Part shown: in pieces, positions 50,601 to 55,609 of the stretch
Position numbering within the stretch: the stretch's first letter is position 1
Layout: each line of letters starts with the position of its first letter
Translations under genes and position numbers: made by a program
Assembly (NCBI GenBank): GCA_017471325.1
Contig: JAFUUX010000107.1
Location: forward strand, 1 to 55,609
DNA length: 55,609 bases
Source: Lachnospiraceae bacterium
GTDB lineage: Bacteria > Bacillota > Clostridia > Lachnospirales > Lachnospiraceae
Direction: 5' to 3'
Notes under the pieces: generated by a model
Database searches by the model: none
Told to the model about the DNA's origin: nothing
Seen by the model: the letters and a program-made list of their open reading frames with translations, nothing else

Positions 50601-53017
50601 TCCGTATTCGCATAGTCCTGAATCGTCTTCTGCAGATCCTGGAAAGAATGCAGCAGTTCATCCTGATCCGCTTTCGTCAGCAGAGGATATTCTTCTACCA
50701 GCATTTTCTGGTCTCCGACCTGGAATCTGGAATCCTCTTTCATCTCGTAATTGTAGTATTTCTGCAGCTTATCGAACTTGGAGTACAGGATGCCCTTGAC
50801 ATCTTCCATGAACTTTCTCTGTGCATCCGTATACTGCGTACTGCCGTCCGCAAGACCTTCAAACCTGCCCAGATCTTCCTTGATCTTATCTATCGGCTTT
50901 TTATAAGCAGCATAGTCCGGCTCCTCATAATCACTTGTCCGGTTTGTGTTCGTCCAGTCAAAGCGGTCATAGCCGTTTGCGTTCTTATATGCCTGCTCGA
51001 TCGGCGGGAAGCCGAACTTTCCTGCATCCAGCAGTTCCGCCATATTGAACTTGCCGGCAATATTGGCTTTCTCCAGCACGCCGATATGTGTCTGCAGCAG
51101 ATCCGATGTCGCACCCATATTCTCCTTCAGGTACTCCGGGATATTCTTTCCTTTCTTCAGTGCCTCCTGGATCTCCTTCTGTGCCGCTTTCATATCCGTG
51201 ATCAGTTTGATCCTGTCATCATCGGTGGAAAACTCCTTGTAGCCGCCATAATAATCCTTTTTAAATTTATTGATAAAGGTGTTCTGTACCTTTGACAGGC
51301 TGCTCAGCAATCCCTTATATTTTTCACGGTTTTCATCCAGGGCAAAGAAACGGCTTCGATCGATGGCATTTACCCTCATCTGCATGATTTCCGCGGCATT
51401 CTTGCTCGGATCCTTTAAGGATAACTCAATCTTACGGTATGCCTCTGCATAACTCGCATTGATCCGTTCCTCGCGCACCTGCTTCATCTGCTCACGCACC
51501 GCAGGATTCGGATCCAGTGCCTGCGCCAGCGAATAACTACCGTTCTCTGGTGAACCCACTTCATATTTGCCTGCATCCTTCGTTGCATTGGCAATCGCCT
51601 CTTTATTGTTCTTCAGTGTGTTCTTGAACGCGTTCAGTGCCGCCTCAGCTTCCTTTTTGAATGCGGGACCAAGATTATCCAGGATCGTTTTTTCGTTCTG
51701 TGCGATCGCCTTTTCGATCTTCTCATATTCCTTCTGCAATGAGTTCATTACAGAGATATGCACCGGGACAAATGTACCGTCTTCAGCAACTGCGTACAGG
51801 GAATCCGTTGTTTCGCGCGCAGTTGTCATGCTGTCCTTGATCACATTAAACGCATCCATTGCCGCAGTGAAGTTCGGGGACTTTCCACGGCCTTTTTCAA
51901 TGACATCAGATAACTTATCTGCCTTTGCGCAGATGCTGTTGGTATCCAGGAAAGTATCATCATGCCCCCGCAGGATGGCAGGTGCCGTCATCAGTTCCGG
52001 ATGTTTTTTGGCATTCTCCACGCCTTCCTTGATCTTTCCGGAAAGCATTTTTAACTGATCAAACGTCCTGCGCAGAGCAAAGGCATATTCATCTGCGTAA
52101 TCCGGATACTTAGTATCCAGTTTCCGCAGTTCCGGCGAGAGTGCCTCAGGTCCCATCTTACCCTGATAGTCTGCCGTTGCTTTTTCGATCTTCTCCGCCA
52201 TCCGGCTTAATTTATCCAGTTTCTCGGCATCCAGCACCGGAAAGCCCTGTCCGTTTGCGCTGGTGTAAAACTCTTTCAGATCCAGCCCCTTGAGTTCGTT
52301 ATACACCTTTGTTGCAGCGCTGTTTCCGCGTACAGCAAACTTCTTTAAGATATCCAGATTCACATCCAGCTGCTGGTCAGGCTGATCCGGTGTGAGCGGC
52401 AGAGATCCGATCAGATCTTTATGCGTCACATCGCTTCCCAGCACAACATCCTCCATCGTAAAACCGGTGGTCTGATCCGCCACTACTTTGTTGACATTGC
52501 TTATATAATTGTCATTGATATGCTTTCCCATCTCGCATACTTCTTCGAGGAGATCCAGCGCCACATGACGATAGATGTAATCCTTGTTGACCGGTGCATT
52601 TTTATAATCACCGTTAAATTTCTTTACCACATCTTTGTCATTCTTAAGAACCTCTCTTTTATATTCTGCAACAGCATTTTTCATATCTTCCGTAAAGATA
52701 TTCTGCAGTTCGATCATATCTGTTGCGATCTCTTTCGCCGCAGCATTTTTTGCATCAAACGTCTTGATGCCGCCCACATCTTCCTTGGACCCATAATATT
52801 TCTGTAACCTTTCCAAAGCGGACGTTATAGTGGCATTGACTTTTTGTCTTTCCGGTGATGGTTTCCCAAAGCCAAAAAGGGAAACACCTGTCTTCTGCAT
52901 CAGGATACTGCTTACCATCTGAAGTTTTTCGTATATGCTTTCCGTCTTATACCCCTTCAGAATCTCCTTTTTGGCTTCCCGGCCGTCTTTCATTTTTGAA
53001 AAATCTAAATCTGGCAT
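47642..53017 (-). CDS. Giant hypothetical K/D/E-rich helical protein, candidate effector with a pseudokinase-like domain
   Basis: 1791 aa uninterrupted ORF, RBS AAAGGAG, no signal peptide or TM segment. Confidence 0.85.
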   Translation of the reverse strand: MPDLDFSKMKDGREAKKEILKGYKTESIYEKLQMVSSILMQKTGVSLFGFGKPSPERQKVNATITSALERLQKYYGSKEDVGGIKTFDAKNAAAKEIATDMIELQNIFTEDMKNAVAEYKREVLKNDKDVVKKFNGDYKNAPVNKDYIYRHVALDLLEEVCEMGKHINDNYISNVNKVVADQTTGFTMEDVVLGSDVTHKDLIGSLPLTPDQPDQQLDVNLDILKKFAVRGNSAATKVYNELKGLDLKEFYTSANGQGFPVLDAEKLDKLSRMAEKIEKATADYQGKMGPEALSPELRKLDTKYPDYADEYAFALRRTFDQLKMLSGKIKEGVENAKKHPELMTAPAILRGHDDTFLDTNSICAKADKLSDVIEKGRGKSPNFTAAMDAFNVIKDSMTTARETTDSLYAVAEDGTFVPVHISVMNSLQKEYEKIEKAIAQNEKTILDNLGPAFKKEAEAALNAFKNTLKNNKEAIANATKDAGKYEVGSPENGSYSLAQALDPNPAVREQMKQVREERINASYAEAYRKIELSLKDPSKNAAEIMQMRVNAIDRSRFFALDENREKYKGLLSSLSKVQNTFINKFKKDYYGGYKEFSTDDDRIKLITDMKAAQKEIQEALKKGKNIPEYLKENMGATSDLLQTHIGVLEKANIAGKFNMAELLDAGKFGFPPIEQAYKNANGYDRFDWTNTNRTSDYEEPDYAAYKKPIDKIKEDLGRFEGLADGSTQYTDAQRKFMEDVKGILYSKFDKLQKYYNYEMKEDSRFQVGDQKMLVEEYPLLTKADQDELLHSFQDLQKTIQDYANTDDFKKSNNQAFKSFISGMATLSNTTVHRLGAFRADLNISLFTIQEAMSGRADTSRYNFRNELERFTRLHKSPDLAYKLTKAGVLMKEEDKWEINKDGQRVRKVVNNASIWSRVVTAVVTGGRRAAKDLEFVKDYNDLTRYLEMMKEFEDKYFRTLEDGSYPDLPRTGERVLDGDFKGGINSVERLQYVYEQIQYLSIMLSDKCKKYNDGKKPEDQIPQEYINGLDNLHHKGLICQTLVCNKEADYTKPDCINIMEMMHSDPEKAKNIWTIRQNKIFHDSYLQEGQTGSYRNLAHFQYEYNSNETYNGRFFDIPKVPSKEGLSEELDKLKPLLDGASEQAKQIAEELIAQAKADPDAFSKVMPTIGDINANIKKNKVLDGSILEKAAAENEKLGGYEWWNNEKDREMIQSVLSGISGLGINHADAKAREEGNVSYGYDLTMNMLALSRMSEKLGVDKKSAKQDARLVSKAYIANISVPGEDKTYRGLMVETVPEKILYNDPYKKSLNDNIEVLGQSEAKVITGKEILLNGESKNLTMQQFNNPKMIKDLANLQAICYLCGAPLPKFEDMKFAQIPSDDKGHYEARLIHFEPKPMFQEGEFAGKIKLEDLGVLSGELGSTIKNLYSADEKETKRRISDFVRDIVSGYGTKEASKETMDQMTRVVTQNVTEMCLALNNKKLTSEGALLGNSKADLKVHNGIKHGKLLITDDFKSLTVDKLSFRNGIFSDDANAKGHNIFTDISKIPERAYYLKSKMQGGGGLTKADKEARCRDCFMREISRMNLEAVIKDLEDKHDEYAFHKDSKEYKQMLTAIKALYKFEKTGVLDYTKGTGGKIEIGFPEGTDKEQLGNFKDTFDEFYRELQNKVHTYVSERQPGIFGKIHDMGKRRLDTATALENMLGPVSETLDNAVKTDVSLVADALDGVKLEDEKRKKVDIVKDDQKERDAKRSRRNSVKDVKQLQKQEDVKHGENDQMENNKAVVPGKGPKH

Positions 53018-53119
53018 TTTGTTACTCCTTTCTTGTTTGCGGCTTTACGCCGGTTTATATAATCTTTTTTATCCCTTATGCTAGCCAGTCTGCGCGCTCT
53101 TCCCCGAACTGACTTTTAC

Positions 53120-53152
53120 ATTCTAGCATACAAAGTGCAAGCAAAGTGCAAG
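53120..53152 (-). promoter_or_regulatory. Extended -10 promoter with a tandem 11-bp direct repeat over the spacer and -35 region
   Basis: Minus strand (CTTGCACTTTG)x2-TA-TGCTAGAAT. Confidence 0.55.
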
Positions 53153-53184
53153 TATTTGTGCCTGTTTTTAAAAAAATGTAATTA

Positions 53185-53225
53185 TTTATAGTCAACGACA
53201 AAAATAATTTGCCGTTGACTATAAA
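53185..53225 (-). terminator. Long inverted repeat (terminator or operator) after the YbjN-like gene
   Basis: Minus strand TTTATAGTCAACGGCAAA-5 nt-TTTGTCGTTGACTATAAA; 18-bp stem with one G-U pair. Confidence 0.6.
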
Positions 53226-53260
53226 GCCTCCGGCGGATGCGCATGGATTTGTAAGGAATT

Positions 53261-53842
53261 TCACATATTATCTTCATCCGCTGTGATCCCCAGCCTTGCC
53301 AGACACTCCTCGTAACTCATCGTGGCTTCGATCAGCCCCATCAGCACATCGATGCTGCCTGCCACGATCGCCAGTGAGTCAAAGATCCGCTGCCCCGCCA
53401 TCCGGATGCATTCCTCCGGCTCCAGCGCCGTGGGCAGATACACATACCTGCGGAAATACAGCGTGCTTTCATCGTCCGAAAGCACAAAGGCACCGCCCAG
53501 GATCCTGGCGTTGATCCGGTTCATGACCTGATACAGATCATAGATCCCGATCCCATCCACCTCCTCCGTGAGCGTGACCACGATGGATAAGATGCGGCAG
53601 GCATCCTCCTCCACCGGCGGCAGGAAACAGTATGCCCCATAAGCGTCATAGCCGTTTTCCCCCAGTCCGGAATACTCGATCCCGATGACTTTTCCGGCCA
53701 TGCCCACCAGTTCGCGCAGATCCTTAGGCGCATCTTCGCTCAAACTCTCCGGCGTCATCACTTCGGAAACCGACTCTTCGCCATCTTCCATTTCCGCGAT
53801 CCTTTTCAGGATCTCTTCTTCGTTAAATTCCTGCATGTTCAC
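53261..53842 (-). CDS. Acidic YbjN/CesT-like (T3SS class I chaperone fold) protein
   Basis: 193 aa, very acidic; LYQVMNRINARILGGAFVLSDDESTLYFRRYV fits the N-x-x-N...G-x-F pattern. RBS AGGAGG. Confidence 0.6.
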   Translation of the reverse strand: MNMQEFNEEEILKRIAEMEDGEESVSEVMTPESLSEDAPKDLRELVGMAGKVIGIEYSGLGENGYDAYGAYCFLPPVEEDACRILSIVVTLTEEVDGIGIYDLYQVMNRINARILGGAFVLSDDESTLYFRRYVYLPTALEPEECIRMAGQRIFDSLAIVAGSIDVLMGLIEATMSYEECLARLGITADEDNM

Positions 53843-53898
53843 CTCCTGTATTTATTTTTTCTGCAATGCAGCAGCAGATATGCTTTTTTTGACCCCTG

Positions 53899-55609
53899 CT
53901 AGTGCAGGACGGGTTTCTTTTTATTCTGGACAGCATTTTTATCTTCCGACCGCTGCTTTGCTTTTTTCTTTTCTTCAAAAAGTTTTTTGGCCTCATGCAC
54001 GTCTTTGGGCGCTTCCACGGAAAGCCCCTCTGCCTGCAGCAGATCCCGGTACATGATGCGGTTTCTGGCCTCCTTCGCATCCTGTTTGGTATCCGCCAGA
54101 TCCTTTTTGTTCAGTGAGCAGTATTTTTTCACATCCGCTTCACTTAACAGGTTTTCCTCATCGATCGGTCCGTCGGGATCTTTCAGGAAAACATGCCGGT
54201 ATGCCTCCATGGCATAATCCCGCTTTACCTGATCCGCATAAGAGTAGATCGATATCTTTCCGTTTTCGGCTGCGATGTTCTGGCGGATACGATCCTTCAG
54301 TTTTTTATCATCAGCGATATACTCATCCAGCACTTTCAGGCTCTGGTTTGTCCCCTCAAAACGGCTCCTTTTCTCTATCAGCATCTTCCGGCGTTCTGCC
54401 ACCTTGGCATCGATGTAACGGATCTTATGGCCTTTATCATCCAGCTGCCCTTTATAGTTTTCCTCCTCCAGTTTCGCCTGCGTATCCACGGCTTTTTTCG
54501 CCGTATTCTTATTCCGATAGTAATCCACGGCATACTTGACGCCGACACCCACAGACGCCACTGCGCCGGCAGCTATGGTCACAGGCAGGCACGCAATGCC
54601 AAAAAATCCGGCAATGGTAAAGCCCAGGCCGGCTGCCGCAAAGCCGAATTTTGACAAATGCGACCAGGACTTCTTTGCGTTGCTCTTTTTGGAGAGCTTC
54701 GCCATGGCGTTGATCTGCTTTTGATCCTGATCTTCCGGCGGCCTGACCTGCTCCGCCGCCGCATTGACGCCTGGCTTTGCCTCAGTTTTCTTCTCCGGCG
54801 CTTTTTCCTTTTTGCCGCCGTTTATGACAGCATTTTCTTTTACAGCTTCTTTTTTCGCAGATTCCTTTATTGCAGTGTTATCATTTACGGCATTATCTTT
54901 TACAGCCGCTTCTTTTGCAGCACCTTCTTTTGCAGCACTTTCTTTTTCCTGCTGCTCTACCGGCTGCTCCTTGTTCATTTTCTTGATCCCCATGGCTTTT
55001 TTTCTGCGCCCGAAGGTCACAGCCGACATAAAGCCTTCTTTCACAGTGGTATAGGCAGAAACCAGCAGACCGGCCCAGCGGAATCCGATGGCGACATTGT
55101 CGATGCCCTTTGCCTCCTGCATCTGTTCCACGATGTTTTTTTCCGCATTCATTGTGGAAAGCACGCCACCCAGATTGTTTGCCACCCATTTGCCGCCGGA
55201 AAACACCAGACTGGCACCCCATTCGCCGACCGCGCCCAGATCGGACCAGTCCGTCATGCGCTCATGGAAGACTTTTTTCAGTTCCGGCCCGCTCACTTTA
55301 TCCAATGACTTATCCATATCCCTGGTAACTGCCGCAAAGGAATAAATCTCCTGCGAATGATCCCAACGATCCTCAAAACCGCCCCGCAACTTCACCAGTT
55401 TTGCATAATTCTGCATTGTATTTCCCATTTTTTTAAGTTTGTGCCGGTTTTCCGCTGTCTGGTCGTTGATGTAGGCATCCATCAGTTTTACATAATCCTT
55501 CTGCCATTCCTTAAACTTTTTCCAGACTTTTTCGTCCGACATCTTCTGCAGCGGGTTTTCCCCGTGAAGCGCCACACTTCTTCCCATGTTGACATTCTGC
55601 GGATGCTCC
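53899..55609 (-). CDS. Hypothetical protein with Gly/Ala-rich hydrophobic hairpin (5' end outside the window)
   Basis: The frame stays open to the window edge (..EHPQNVN-MGRSV). Hydrophobic segment FGFAAAGLGFTIAGFFGIACLPVTIAAGAVASVGVGV. Confidence 0.8.
   Translation of the reverse strand, partial: EHPQNVNMGRSVALHGENPLQKMSDEKVWKKFKEWQKDYVKLMDAYINDQTAENRHKLKKMGNTMQNYAKLVKLRGGFEDRWDHSQEIYSFAAVTRDMDKSLDKVSGPELKKVFHERMTDWSDLGAVGEWGASLVFSGGKWVANNLGGVLSTMNAEKNIVEQMQEAKGIDNVAIGFRWAGLLVSAYTTVKEGFMSAVTFGRRKKAMGIKKMNKEQPVEQQEKESAAKEGAAKEAAVKDNAVNDNTAIKESAKKEAVKENAVINGGKKEKAPEKKTEAKPGVNAAAEQVRPPEDQDQKQINAMAKLSKKSNAKKSWSHLSKFGFAAAGLGFTIAGFFGIACLPVTIAAGAVASVGVGVKYAVDYYRNKNTAKKAVDTQAKLEEENYKGQLDDKGHKIRYIDAKVAERRKMLIEKRSRFEGTNQSLKVLDEYIADDKKLKDRIRQNIAAENGKISIYSYADQVKRDYAMEAYRHVFLKDPDGPIDEENLLSEADVKKYCSLNKKDLADTKQDAKEARNRIMYRDLLQAEGLSVEAPKDVHEAKKLFEEKKKAKQRSEDKNAVQNKKKPVLH
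54831..54946. repeat. Degenerate 15-bp tandem repeat encoding KE(S/G/A)AA-type pentapeptides
   Basis: TCTTTTGCAGCACCT / TCTTTTGCAGCACTT and more diverged neighbouring units. Confidence 0.7.

Noticed and set aside
53147-53163. Sigma-54-like AGGCAC...TTGCA upstream of the giant gene
   Set aside because: GG-to-GC spacing is 11 nt rather than the strictly required 10.
53823-54080. Small alternative-frame ORFs in the distal cassette (also 53076-53264)
   Set aside because: They overlap better-supported genes or regulatory DNA and lack convincing RBSs.
46737-55609. Prophage or ICE origin of the distal cassette
   Set aside because: No integrase, relaxase, phage structural gene or att-like repeat is visible; cannot be excluded beyond the window edge.

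Overview
A 55.6 kb chromosomal segment from a Bacillota bacterium; gene content and order suggest Lachnospiraceae (inference). About 36 CDS, all but three on the minus strand. No rRNA, tRNA, CRISPR array, transposase or integrase was seen. From 1 to 46.7 kb it is mostly housekeeping and envelope genes: phoH (partial), pdp, an RsmF-like methylase, rlmH, fhs, ftsK, a GT2, yebC, a CorC-like protein, alr, nnrDE, icd, two BspA-type LRR surface proteins next to a class B sortase, leuS (with a +1 homopolymer frameshift near its start), a CAP protein, an orphan Wzz-like gene, a second EF-G, two HAMP-PP2C sensor phosphatases, a formyltransferase, tyrA and two DegV proteins. The best candidate for an undescribed system is 46.7-55.6 kb, four co-oriented uncharacterised genes: a >569 aa protein with a pore-former-like Gly/Ala hydrophobic hairpin, an acidic YbjN/T3SS-chaperone-like protein, a 1791 aa helical protein with a probable pseudokinase domain, and a 243 aa protein. 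The last two share a distinctive basic C-terminal motif and lack signal peptides, which together suggest an effector/chaperone cassette for an unidentified export route. Non-coding observations: three copies of a small REP-like palindrome, a leader shared by icd and the 243 aa gene, symmetric back-to-back consensus promoters, and a promoter embedded in a terminator. All family assignments come from motif recognition by eye; no searches were run.
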